From NCBI RefSeq assembly GCF_009914755.1, contig NC_060930.1: DNA of 64,000 bases. The stretch is one strand, 5' to 3'. Shown piece by piece: positions 1 through 16,172 of this stretch. Numbering within the stretch: the stretch's first letter is position 1; each line of letters begins with the position of its first letter. The notes beneath the pieces were generated by a model. The model did not search any database, was not told the origin of the DNA, and saw nothing but the letters and a program-made list of their open reading frames with translations. Position numbers and translations under genes: made by a program. This DNA is from the human T2T-CHM13v2.0 reference genome, Homo sapiens.

Positions 1-340
1 GTGCCCCTCCACGCAGGCTCCCTCATAGGGTCATCCCATCAACCCTCGCCAAAAACGCCGGCCCCCTCATAGGGCCGTCCGGCCACGCCCCTCCGTGCCC
101 TAACCACAGAGCCACACGTTACGCCGCCGCCCCGTTACGCCCATCCGGCTCCCGCATAGGGCGTCACGTACGTTTAACGTCGGCCCGGCGCGCGCGTCCG
201 GGAGGTTGCCCGTAGGCCGCTAACTGGTGGTTCCCAGTCCCCGCCGACTCGGCCTCTTTCTTCTGCGGCCACCAGATCGCGGGATATCGGAGACTTCGAA
301 CAATCCGCTGGAGTCCTTTACAGTTTAAAAACAGAGGACC
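1..340. promoter_or_regulatory. CpG-island-like GC-rich element with repeated motifs (orphan or alternative promoter); continues into a CpG-rich Alu
   Basis: Very high CpG density; three copies of GGC(T/C)CCC(T/G)CATAGGG at 16-30, 60-74 and 147-161; CGTTACGCC at 117-125 and 133-141; truncated by the window edge. Confidence 0.7.
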
Positions 341-631
341 GGCCGGGCGCGGTGGCTCACGCCTGTAATCCCAGCACTTTGGGAGGCCGAGGCGGGCGGA
401 TCACGAGTTCAGGAGATAGAGACCATCCTGGCTAACACCGTGAGACCCCGTCCCTATCAAAAGTACAAAAAAATTAGCCGGGTGTGGTGGCACGCGCCTG
501 TAGTCCCAGCTACTCAGGAGGCTGAGGCAGAAGAATCGCTAGAACCAGGGAGGCGGAGGTTGCAGTGACCGAGATCGCGCCGCTGCACTCCAGCCTAGGC
601 GACAGAGCGAGACTGCGTCTCAAAACAAAAA
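341..631 (+). mobile_element. Alu (AluS/Y-like), CpG-rich
   Basis: Full dimer GGCCGGGCGCGGTGG...A-tail; TSD-like AAAAACAGAGGACC / AAAAACGGAGGATC after TTT|AAAAA. Confidence 0.95.
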
Positions 632-1112
632 AAACGGAGGATCGAAAATTTTGAAGACTGAGAGCAAGGCAACAATCTTCCCTTGACCTTTTTGCTCCTC
701 TCACAAGGGTTTTTCAGACGGCTGAAACCAACGAAAAGAGTGAGGAAGCAGGCAGAAAATTTCAGCTTTAGTCTCTCAGCATCCTCCTGCTTTCTTCTCG
801 GGGAGCTGGCACTTCCCCCTTCTCTAGTAGCTGTAAATACGCCTCCCAACTCCAAGGAGACCTTTCTTGCATCTCCCTTACTGTTCTCACGCCTGTAGGG
901 CTCTTCGTGTGAGGATTCAGTGTATGTATGTATGTATATGAATGTGTGCGAATAATTATTTCCTAATTGAGTTTTTTTTTAAAAAAATCATCTTCCGGTA
1001 CACGCAGTGCCGTACTCCATTAAACAGCAGGCACGGTGTCTAGGGTCCGCAGTTCTTTTGGAGGCTCATGAAAATATTTTAATTTCTTCTAAAGTCAGAA
1101 GGAAAAAAATGA

Positions 1113-1456
<344 letters not shown>

Positions 1457-1469
1457 CTATGCCCACTAA

Positions 1470-3430
1470 TTCCAATTCTTATTTGATCTAATTGTTTATA
1501 GATTCTTGTGAACTTTTACCTTGACAATTATGTTATTTTCAAAGATAATCATCTTTTCCTATTGAATCCTTGCTCTTCTGACTGCCTGTTCCTATCTCAT
1601 GGTATTGGCCAAACCCTGTGATGCCGTGTTGAATAGGAGTACTTTCTCACCACACTTGTCTTCCTTCCGCCTCTATGGGAATCCTTCCAAAACGGCACCA
1701 TTAAGTGTTATACTCGCTGTAGCTCCTCCTTATGAAGTTCTCTTCTCATTGTAGTCTGTTAAGTGTTTATGATTAAAGAGTGTTATATTTTGTTAAATGC
1801 TTTCGCAGTATCTTTGGAGATGATCATGTTTTTTCTTTATTAATCTCTTTTTTATTTTATTTATTTTATTTTATTTTATTTTATTTTTTATTATTTTAGT
1901 TTTTATTTTGAGATGGAATCTCACTCTGTCTCCCAGGCTGGAGTGCAGTGCCCTGATCTAAGCTCATTACAACCTCTACCTCCCAGGTTCAAGCGATTCT
2001 TCTGCCTCACTTTCCCAAGTAACAGGGACTACAGGTGCGTGCCACCACATCTGGCTAAGTTTTGTATTATCAGAAGAAGATAGGCCGCCATTGGCCAGGC
2101 TGGCCTTGAACTCCTGACATTAAGTGATCCACCTGCCTCAGCCTCCTAAAGTGCTAGGAATACAGGCGTGAGCCACTGCTCTGGGCCTTCCTTTATTAAT
2201 TTCTTAAACTGGCAGATTTAGAATACTAAACTTCCTTCTATTCTTAGAATAAACCCTATATAATCAGCTATTTATTTAAATAACATGGTCTCTGCAATTT
2301 CTCCTGGTTTCCATTTTTTCTCATAATAGGCATTTTTTTCTAAAAAACAAAAATGAATGTTCATTAGTGAGACAAAACTATAATTTTGTTTTTTTCTTCT
2401 TTCTCTCTTCCTTCCTTTTTAAAATTTGTATTCTCCAGTTTTGCTAATAATGTTATACAATTTTACAAGAAAAAAGTGAGTAGGAGAGCTGTTTTTCTAT
2501 AGTAACAGATTCTGTGAAATAGGTATCATGCCAAGTGAGGTGGCACGTCCCTGTAGTCCCAGCTACTCAGGAGGTGAAGCAGAAGGACCACTTGAGCCCA
2601 GGAATTGGAGACTGTAGTGTGCTGCCATCATGCCTGTGTATAGCTTCTGCGCTACAGCCTAGGCAACGTAGCGAGAACCATCTCAGAAAAAAAAAAAAAA
2701 AAAAAGAGATAATCTATTCCTCATAAATTCACTAAAACTTGGAATATCTGACCGGACTTGGCAGCATTTGGGTGGAAGGACGTAGAAAATATTTTTTAAC
2801 TGCCTACCTTATTTTCATAATCATAATTTGTTTAGTCAGCTTGTCTATTTTCTTCTTTTTCTTGAAAATTATTTTCCACTGAGTTTAATTTTTTGTAAAA
2901 GTTACACAGCATTCTCTTGTCATTCTTTATATCTCCCTTTTTGTAGTTATGTTCCTTAATTTCTGTAACTTTCTGAAACCAGGGTTAATTTGTTTTGAAA
3001 TTGTCCAACGTGTGCTTTGAAAAAAAGAAGGGATGTTTTCTGTGTCAAATGAAGGTAATCATAGATCAAATTTGCTTATTGTCTTGTTCAAATCCTAGAA
3101 AACCATTAGCATTTTTCTTTGCTTGTAATATGAGAATCTAACACTCATACAGAATATTGAAAGGTTACCCTACAATTGTAAATTTGAAATTCTCCTTCTA
3201 ATTCTGTCAGTTATTTATTGACATAGTAGTGGTTCTGTAGTCAAGTGCATATAAGGTTTTGAATGTTACATCTTATTTTTGGATTTTTATTTTATCATTA
3301 TGGAGTATAGCAAAGTTCTATTTTGTTCTTTTTCAAATGTACTTGGTTTTGATTATCCCTTGGTCCTTGATTGTTTTATTATTCTATTTTTTATTTCATT
3401 AAACTTTCAGTAAATAGTGATTTTTATAGT
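1470..3430 (-). mobile_element. Old L1 (L1M-type) fragments interrupted by an Alu (about 1850-2186,-) and an Alu monomer (about 2530-2705,+)
   Basis: T-rich antisense L1-like sequence (e.g. TGTTGAATAGGAGT, TATTTTGTTAAATGCTTTT); Alu motifs. Confidence 0.6.
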
Positions 3431-4146
3431 CTGTATCTAATCATTTCAATATCTGAAATCCTTTGTTTGCCTAGGGATCTAGGAGGAAATAGAAGGCTCT
3501 TTGCTTATAAGCCAAACTCTCCATAGTGTCTGTTTTTCTTCGATTTTGTGACATTTGTTATGAACTTATATTTAAACATCCTAAGTTCCTGACAGAGTGT
3601 CTGGCATATAATAGGTGTTCAGTAAATGATTGCTCCATAAATAGATAATGTGTGTAGATGTAGAGAACTTGGGTTCAAGATACTTTCTTCCTGTAGGGAT
3701 TTGTTTTGTCTTCATCAGGCACAAGGGGGCACTATAAGCCCGAGTCAGTTTAATTTCAGGCCTTCTTCACTGGAACTCAAGACTTCATTTATACTTAGGG
3801 TTAAATCTTTGGGGCCAATTTTCTCCATCCACCTCCTCAGAGTCAGAGTCCTGTAGAGACAAACAAGGTTTTATCCCAGAGATGTTTACGAGTTTTTTTC
3901 TTCTTTTTTCCTTTTTTTTCTCCAGTCTACCCCTTTTTCAAACCATTCTGGCTTTATGCTATGTCTTCACTTTTGTTTAAGAGCCTAGAATTCTATTCCC
4001 CAGGGGGCAGACTTTTAATTCCCAGAGCTCATAATCCTGATTAATGGTATTTGCCCCCAGAGAACCAAAGATGTCCTATTTGTCACCCTAGTTTCAGCTT
4101 CTAAATTTTATTGTTCTGGATGGTTTCTGGGAATTTCCCTTGTGGG

Positions 4147-4473
<327 letters not shown>

Positions 4474-4728
4474 CCTTGTGTTTTTTTGTTAATTGAGTAA
4501 CTAAGTACTAGTTTGTTGGTTGTAGTTTCTCTAGTTCATAGGTGTATTGCTTCAATAGAGTTTTCCAGAATATCTTCTTTTCCACATTGCAGATAAGAGT
4601 CCTTACAGTGTCCCTCTCTATCCCTATGAACACCTTTGCTTTAATATTTTCTCTGATATTAATATTGCTAAACTAGCGCTGTCTTGGTAAACATTTATTT
4701 TCCAGGGATATTTGTCCCTCATCTTCTT

Positions 4729-4754
4729 TATTATTATTATTATTATTATTATTA
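4729..4754. repeat. (ATT)n microsatellite
   Basis: Direct reading. Confidence 0.9.
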
Positions 4755-5592
4755 TCTTTTTAAATCCACGCATGATTTGTTTTCAGGCCCAAATAACAGG
4801 AGTACTCTCTAAGGCACATTATTACATATATTTTTGCTTCAATTAAAAAAAATCATAAAAAGATAAAATACTGTTCATGTTCAAAAACTGACATTTACTT
4901 TTTTTTTTGAAAGGCAAAATAAAACTTATAAAATTCCGTGAAATTGCAACCATATAGCAAAATACCTTGGATATATTCCATTTAATTTAATATCTTGCAT
5001 CATTTTTGAGTTTTGTTGTAGGTAAACATGAAAAAAAATCACTGTTCTTGGAGCTGGAGAGAACTTTTATGGGAAAAATTTCTATCAGAGAAATCTACTT
5101 ATTTGTAAGCATAGTAGCCAATTTTGTTTTTAAAGTAATGATCCTGTGGTCCAGGTAACACCCTTCAGCTCATCATCAAGTGATTACTACCTCAGAAGAG
5201 TTAAGAGCAATTGGGATTCAGGAAATATGACTAGACAGGCAATTTTCATTATATCCAACATATATTGCTTTAAATAATATATGTCAGTAATTTCTGATTA
5301 CATTAAAATAAAACCAAATGTATTTAATCTTTTACATTTTTATTTTTTTAAACATCGGACCCAGTGAGATTTAAATGATATGTCATTGATTGCAACTGAT
5401 AATATTGATATTATTTTTCATTTTAATTTTGCCTATTTTTTAGGCAGTGTTCAATGGCCTATTGACCTTTATCTGAGCTCTGTGATAAAAAAAACAGCAA
5501 TGGTTAGCAAAATCCTCCCCACCTTCTTTTGTTCCAAAAATGGCTTATTGCAAAAACCACCCTTCATCATATGTGATTTAAATAAGACTCAT

Positions 5593-5897
5593 GGGTCAGG
5601 CATGGTGGCTCAGGCCTGTAATCCCAGCACTTTGGGAGGCTGAGGCGGGCAGATCACAAGGTCATGAGATCCAGACCATCCTGGCCAATATGATGAAACC
5701 CCATCTCTACTAAAACGACTAAAATTAGCCAAGCGTGGTTCAAGCGATTCTCCTGCCTCAGCCTCCCAAGTAGCTGGGACTACAGGCACGCGCCACCATG
5801 CCCAGCTAATTTTTGTCTCGATCTCTTGACCTCATGATTTGCCTGCTTCAGTCTCCCAAAGTGCTGGGATTACAGGCATGAGCCACTGCACCCAGCC
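5593..5897. mobile_element. Fused inverted Alu pair (plus-strand left arm joined to an internally deleted minus-strand Alu)
   Basis: Sense Alu 5593-5737 switches directly to antisense Alu at 5738; second junction near 5816. Confidence 0.85.
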
Positions 5898-5957
5898 AGG
5901 GAGGACATCTTCTATAGGGAGGTTTTATCTCCTAGGAAGAAAAATGGGAGATCAGAG

Positions 5958-6439
5958 TGAAGGAAGAGAAAGACCCTCTCATATTATTTTATATTGTTTT
6001 ATACTCAGTACCTGTTTTAAGAAAAAACAACAAGGAAGTAAAACCAAAGACAGGCAGCCCGGCGCCAGGCCTGAAACCAGGCCTGGGCCTGCCTGGCCTA
6101 AACCCAGTAGTTAAAAATCAACTCATAACTTAGAAACCGATGTTATTCATAGATTCCAGACATTGTATAGAAGAACATTGTGAAACTCCCTGCCCTGTTC
6201 TGTTTCTCTCTGACCACCAGTACATGCAGCCCCTGTCACGTAACCCCTGCTTGCTCAAATCAATTACGACCCTTTCATGTATAATCTTTAGTGTTGTGAG
6301 TCCTTAAAAGGGACAGAAATTGTGCACTCAGAGAGCTCGGATTTTAAGGCAGTAGTTTGCCGATGCTCCCAGCTGAATAAAGCCCTTCCTTTTACAACTC
6401 GGTGTCTGAGAGGTTTTGTCTCCGGCTTGTCCTGCTGCA
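5958..6439 (+). mobile_element. Solo LTR, LTR2/LTR2B-like (HERV-E/ERV1 group)
   Basis: TG...CA termini; 4-bp TSD AGAG (5954-5957 and 6440-6443); internal AATAAA near 6377; sequence recognisable as LTR2 family. Confidence 0.85.
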
Positions 6440-6938
6440 AGAGCATCCTTCTTGCATCTGCTGTTTTTAAGTCCCTTTAGCTCAAAATAATCCTTATGCC
6501 ACAATGGCATATTGTAATCTGGAATATTCTGCCACCTTTCACATGTTTATGTGAATGTACTATGTGGCAGGCACTATTCTAAGTGCTAGATATACATCAA
6601 TGGACAAAACAAGCAAAAATTCCAGCCCTCTTCGATCTTAACATTTCTGTAGGGTTGTCATTCATTTTGTTTCTTTAACTTAAACAACCAAATCCTACCT
6701 GAATTAACACTGAAAATTTTCATTACTGATGCTTTATCTGTGTGTTGGTTGAATTATTTAAAAAAGAAATTCATGCAATTTATCTTATCAATGAAGGCAA
6801 CTAATCTAATAAGATTAAAATTCACTAATCCATCTCTACATAATTTCCAGGAAAAAATGAACAGATTTAATTCATAGGATTTTGTTTTTAAAGTTCTTAT
6901 CATCAATAGCAATCAAAATATCTTTAAAAGATTAATCA

Positions 6939-7190
6939 GGCCCGACGAAGAGTGGTGGCTCACACCTGTAATCCCAGCACTTTGGGAGGCCAAGGTGGGC
7001 GGATCACCTGCGGTGAGCAATTCGAGAGCAGCCTGGCTAGCATGGTGAAACCTCATCTCTACTAAAATATAAAAATTAGCCAGGCATGGTGGCATGTGCA
7101 TGCAACTCCAGTTACTGAGGAGGCCGAGGCAGAAGAATTGCTTGAATACAGGAGGCAGAGGTTGCAGTGAGCTGAGATCAAGCTACTGCA
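6939..7190 (+). mobile_element. AluS, 3'-truncated, followed by a (GGGCA/GGGAA)n simple repeat
   Basis: Alu dimer breaks off before the A-tail; purine-rich repeat 7211-7262. Confidence 0.85.
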
Positions 7191-7499
7191 GGCGTGTGCC
7201 ACCCACAAACGGAAGGGAAGGGGAAGGGATGGGAGGGCAGGGCAGGGCAGGGCAGGGAAGGGAACTCGGAAGCTGAAAAAAAAATATTACCTAGTGAGAA
7301 ATAGGAAATGGAAAATGGTTCTCTCCATCCAGATATTTTTATGGTCGGTATTTATGATGGTAAGGGACAATTATTCAAACCTTACAAAGACATTAAGGGT
7401 TGAGGGATGGCAGGGTGGCCTGCCATTTTTCTATGCCAGGCTTCAGCCTTGAGCTCTAGATCTGTAGATGTATCTTCACCCTGAGCAGCTCTATGTGAA

Positions 7500-9000
7500 T
7501 GTTTCAACCAGCCTCTCACCTTGTTATATATATACTAGAGAAATGTGTGCACATCTACACCAGGAAACATGTGCAAGAAAGTTCACAGAAGTAATGACCT
7601 CGATAATCCCAGACAGACACAATATGAAGGTCTGTTATAATAAATTGAGTAAACCAGTGTTACTATATATTTAGCTATTTAAAATAATGAAATGATGGTA
7701 CTGGAGTAACATATATGAACATGAATGAATCTCAAAAATATTGGTTTGGATAAAAAACATCATAAAATTATATACAGCTTGTGATTCCATTTATGTGAAG
7801 ATAAAAATAGGCAAAATGAAATGACTTACAATTTATGGATCCATTCTTAGATATTTAAACTAAGAAAAACCAAAAAACAAGCAAAAACAAAAATAAGATT
7901 GATAAAGACAAAATGTAGGGCCATGCTTGGTGTCTGACACTTATAATTTCAGTGACTGGGGAGGCTAAGATGGGAGGATGCCTGGGCAATATAGTGAGAT
8001 CCCCTTCTCTAAAAAAAAATGTTTTTTTTTTTTCTTGAGACAGGGTCTCACTCTGTCTCCCAGGTAGGAGTGCAGAAGCACACAATCTTGGCTCACTGCA
8101 ACCTCCACCTCCTGGGTTCAAGCAATTCTCCTTCCTCAACCTCCCAAGTGGCTGGGATTGCAGGCATGTGTCACCACGCTGGGCTAATCTTGCTATTTTT
8201 AGTAGAGACAGGGTATCACCATATTTGCTAGGCTGTTCTCGAACTCCTGGCCTCAAGCGATCCACCCGCCTTGGCCTCCCAAAGTGCTGCGATTATAGGC
8301 GTGAGCCAACGTGTCTGGCCCAAAAAATTTTTAAATAAAAAACATATATATAGGAGAGTTATACAAGGACTGGTTAATTACTAATGACATTCTAGTTTTT
8401 TGTTTTTTTTTTTTTTTTGAGACATAGCCTCACTCTGTGGCCCAGGCTGGAGTCCAATGGCACAATCTCAGCTCAATGCAGCTTCCATCTCCCAGGTTCA
8501 AGCGATTCTCCCTACCTCAGCCAACCAAGTAGCTGGATTATAGATGTGTGCCACCATGCCCAGCTAATTTTTGTATTTTTAATAGGAACAGGGTTTCACC
8601 ATGTTGATCAGGCTGGTCTCGAACTCCTGACCTCAGATGATCCACCCGCATTGGCCTCCCAAAGTGCTGGGAATTATAGGCATGAGCCACTGCGCCCAGC
8701 CCAACATTCTAGTTCTTAAACTGCCCTTTATTTTGATGATGTATTTGTGTACTCTGTGAAAAGTGAGATATACTGTTCATAAGATTGTGTGAGTGATCGC
8801 TGTTCGCCTAGCTCAAAGTTCTTCCTGTCTCTCCCACGGAATTGGGGAGAGTTATATACAGGGCCTACTTAATTACTAATGACATTTTAGTTCTTAAACT
8901 GGGTTTTTAAGTACCAACCATTTGTTTTACAATTCTTGTTTATGTTGCATATACCCTTTTGTGCAGATATAATATTTACTATAAAAATGTTTAAAACTCT
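7500..9000 (+). mobile_element. Old L1 3'-end region (L1MB/L1ME-like) carrying Alus at about 7919-8020(+), 8021-8320(-) and 8396-8702(-)
   Basis: L1 3'UTR-like text (GAAACATGTGCAAGAAAGTTCACAG, ATGAATGAATCTCAAAAATA, TGATTCCATTTATGTGAAG); Alu TSD ACATTCTAGTT at 8387 and 8704. Confidence 0.6.
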
Positions 9001-9834
9001 CCTGAGATCTCAATCAGAGACAGGAAACCTCAATGCCACTCTACAGTTTTTGTCATTTTTTAAATTTCCCCTATCTTTTTCTTACTTATGTGCCACATCA
9101 CCATTTTTATTCATATAGATATAAAAGTGCAGAAATTTTAGTCTTTAGCAGGAATTTCAAAAATCACAAATGGCAATGTTACCTGCCTCATTAAAATCAT
9201 TTAAGGGTCTCAATCCAATCTTGTCAGTTGAATATCTGATATGTGTAGTTTGGATGTAGTTAAGGGCCTTCATCTGCACTTTTCTTTCTGTTTCTTCTTG
9301 CAGTTGCAGATTGTATCACTGGACTCCTCTCCCTCTGGTTTTCTTTGTGTATGTTCATTTTGTGTCTCTCCAACGTATTAGTTCATCCTCTTTAGGTGAA
9401 TTTCTTTCTTTTTATCCTACTCTTCACGTCTGTCTCTCTTTCCATTGTGTCTGTTTCTTTTTTCTCTCCCTCTGCCACTTTTCCCTTAATACGGTTGAAA
9501 TTTTCTCTCATTTGTCTTTCTCCTTTTTCTCTACTGACTAGATATACCATCAGAGGTTTTTTTTTTCATTTCTAACAACCTCTTATAGTCATTAAAGAAA
9601 TGCTTCATTTTCCATTCTTTTAACATAAGAAGAACAAGAAGCATTTTTCTCTTTTTGCAACACAGCCCACCAAGGTAGGTGAAGATGTTTTCTAACAGAC
9701 TAGATCCAAGCCAGACTGCCTAAATCATCATTCTGGTTACACCTAGTATAAGCGATGGGGTTTGGGGCAGGATGCCGCAACTTGGGTACTCTAATTTCCC
9801 TTTCTGTTAAATGAGAACAAAAGTAATATCACAT

Positions 9835-10756
<922 letters not shown>

Positions 10757-11699
10757 TGATTAAATAAATACAAATAAAGCACATTAGCTATTATTCTGAA
10801 CACTGCTACATTAGCTACATTGAAAATTAAAAAAGATGTTAAACAGATTTTAAGGTTTTCTCGTCATCACTGAAGTGAGAAAAACAAATTATTTTGTGAA
10901 ACAAAGATAAGACACAATAAATTCAGAGTACACTTTTGTTAGATGCTAACCCACAGAGCGGAATACTTTTTGCGCAGCACCTTCATTCCTGGAGACTTAG
11001 GGCCCGGGAAATGGGAATGGTGGCAGGAGAGGAGAAGGGCTAGGGGGCTGGGGAGCGTGGGGTGAAGGAGTGGGGGCTTAAAAAGGACAGTCAAATTTAG
11101 GAAGAACAGTTTCTTAAACTGAAGTTAGCTAAGCAGCGGGCTTCAGCCAAAGATAATAATACTAACTTGAAAGTAAAGCTGTTTGTTAAATAGGCTTTCA
11201 TTTTAATTTTTTAAAAAATATTTTCACTAGTTAGACGGAATATTTATTTCTGATCCTCGTTGTAGGGCTAAACTAGGTGTGACTTGCTTTTCCATTAAGG
11301 ACTGTAGCCATTTTGGCTAAGAAAGTCTTTCCTGTCTTAGCTCTCTTCAAGAGATGCTATTTACTTTTTTGTTGTTGTTTTCTCCGGAGCTTTATTGCCT
11401 ACCCTTTATTTTCACGATGTGTTTGTGCATTCTGTAAAAAGTGGGAAACACTGTTCTCCGGATTGTGTGGGTGATCGCCGGTCGCCTAGCTTGCCGTTCT
11501 TCAGGTATCTCCTGCTGCTCCAGAATCTACATCTGAATGTCAAGGCATAGCTTTTCCAGGAGCTTTTAAACCGACCTTTCAATTCGAAGACGTAACTGCG
11601 CCAGGAGCTTTGTCTCTCTGGCATATAAAAGCATAGAAGAGAGCAACTTCTGGTTTTTAAAATAAGTAAACTAATCTGAATTGTTTGCAATGGTAGGAA

Positions 11700-12311
<612 letters not shown>

Positions 12312-12344
12312 ACTTGTCCCTGCAACTGCCTTAGTAAACCCAAA

Positions 12345-12360
12345 GGCTCTTTTCAGAGCC
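12345..12360 (+). terminator. H2BC6: Histone 3' stem-loop
   Basis: GGCTCTTTTCAGAGCC with purine-rich HDE (GGAGCT) about 20 nt downstream. Confidence 0.97.
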
Positions 12361-13292
12361 ACTCACCTTTTCACAATTGGAGCTATATACTGACATGTGA
12401 AGATACTAGAAACTCCTGCAGCTGAAATAGGCATGTTTTTAAAACTTAAAATGGCACTCACTGTCTGGGCTGGTGGCTTTATGAAACTCTGGTTTCCGTG
12501 TTTTATGAGGTATCACTCGATAGCACCTAAGAGGCAATAGTAATTTGATAGTTTTGCTCTACGAAGAGAAACTTCGTTTCTCAAGAGTCCTTAAAAATAC
12601 GGGTTTTACCAAAGAAGCCCATATTATGGGGGGCTGGAGCGGGGGTGGGGAAGGAGGAGAGGAGACTGCTGCTTTCAAGTAGTTCTTAATGTTGAATTTG
12701 CTTTTTCCCTTTCCTCAATTACTTCAAAAAGGTCTTAATTTGGATTTTTATTTTAGGTTCTAAAGGAAAAAATAAAACCCTCTTCCCTCTACCGCCTCAC
12801 CTGTCTGGTTTCACCAATTAGACTTGAACAATTCTCAGTGTGCAACCATACTCGCGCTCGCACACAAACACATACACACATTGTTCATTGATCGACAATC
12901 CCCATCTCATCTTTATCATGTTCTTAGAGAAGTTGGGTCTCCATTGTTAAGGATTCTCCTAATCACAAAAACTGACTATATACCTATCCCCAATCCAATC
13001 ATTAATAAGGGGCATGTGATCTTTAGGATAGGTGTAGTCAAATTAATCAGATCCCTGAGGCTAGAAGGAACTCTGCCTTCTCTGGAGAACAAGTCAGGGA
13101 ACAAAGAAAGTTGTATTAGGAAGAAAGGAGGGGAAATGACTTTTGGGGAGGAGGCATCTGCACTGCCTGATACAAGCAGCTTCCAGGCGAAGGTGGATGG
13201 AAGGAATATCCAGTAGGTTGAAAATGGATAGTCATTCCTTCATATTCAAGTGCCAAGCAGTGAATTTTGTACTGAGGACTTCTGCACTGAGA

Positions 13293-13360
13293 ACAGTGGT
13301 TCTCAGACTTCAGTGTGCATCAGAATCACCTGGAGAGCTTGTTAAAGGAGATTGCTGAGA
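13293..13360. mobile_element. MER5A-like hAT-Charlie fragment
   Basis: CAGTGGTTCTCA...TGCATCAGAATCACCTGGAGAGCTTGTTAAA. Confidence 0.7.
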
Positions 13361-13802
13361 TAAAGAATATGCTAACCAAGCCTCCTGCTCACGTGGAGTT
13401 TTCTTGTGATAAAGATGTGGGAGAAGATTGTGAAGAGTCTGAATGTCAAACAATGAAGTTTAGATTTATTTTGCAGACAATAAGGTTATAGAAAGCTTGT
13501 GAGCAAGGACTAACAAAATTATAACTAGTTCTAGGAATATGCTTCTGGTGGCAAGAGACTGGATGCAGTGGAGGGAAATGATGTTGAAGGAGGATAAAGT
13601 TTCAAGCCAAAGAAATGGCAGGAGTAATGGAGCAGGGGATACAATAAACAAATCAGAGAGTAGTTGAAGGGATTTCATTCAGTATTTCATCAAATATTGA
13701 TTGCATTCCCTCTGTGCCAGGCATTGAAATACTTCAGTGAGCAAGATAGACAAGAGACTGCCCTTCTGAGGCTCATATCCTAGTGAAGGAAGAGAGATGA
13801 TA

Positions 13803-15013
<1,211 letters not shown>

Positions 15014-15850
15014 TGATCTCTAACTTGTAATTAGCCCCACTCTGTTCTGTCTATAATGGAACCCAACAGAGGTGATACCAAGTCGACAGGCTCATTTGGC
15101 ATCAGCTTTTCTGTAAAGAGCTTTCAGGTCAATGGAAGGACATTCCACAATACTAAATAAGTTTAGTAACAAAACTGAATTTTGTGTGATAAAGTTATGC
15201 TGCTTACAAAGAGACTCAACAATAAATAAGCTTAAAGACAGATATTTTTGTTTCATGGAACAAATCCATTGTGATTAGTCCAGCTTTGTGAAGCAGCTCT
15301 GCTCCTTGTGATCAATCAGGAAATTTCGTTCCTTCCAAGTCAATGTTCTGTCATCTCCTAGGGCCTGATGTTCTCTAATTGCTCAAAATGAAATCAATAC
15401 CATTATACTTGGGGAAGAAGGTAACATGGAAGTTTCAAAGCCCAGACCTGGTAGTAACTTTTCTATGTGTCTCACCTGTGTTGGAAATAATGTAGCCACA
15501 TGCTTACATCTGCTCCCAGAAAGACCAGGAAATGTTGTCTCTTGCTAGATAGCCACCTGTCCAGCTTTCTTTTTATTATGATAAAGTGAAAAAACTTTAT
15601 TGGAAAAATAAGGGTTTACTCAATATTCTCCACAAATTAAAATCCATTTTGAGGACAGCGAATAATACAGTGGCATACTGATAGTCCTGAGATTGTAAGG
15701 ACTGGAGTAACCCACTAGGGAATGGCTTACTTATTTTTGTCTCATTTCCTGAGGTGTAAAGGGAAAGAAGGTGGGAATTTAATCATGACAACCTCGGTTT
15801 TAAACACCCATTCATGCAACCACAGTAACCTGATCTATGATTTAAGGTAA

Positions 15851-16172
<322 letters not shown>

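Larger units (their letters stand above)
5480..6543 (-). mobile_element. MER34-like ERV1 LTR, split by an inverted Alu fusion and an LTR2-type solo LTR
   Basis: Minus-strand 5' end TGTGAAAGGTGGCAGAATAT...AATATGCCATTGTGGCATAAGGATTATTTTGAGCTAAAGG resembles MER34-family LTRs; left boundary approximate. Confidence 0.55.

Noticed and set aside
12824-13216. 130-aa non-Alu ORF downstream of H2BC6
   Set aside because: Non-ATG start, no recognisable homology; lies in degenerate repeat-like sequence.
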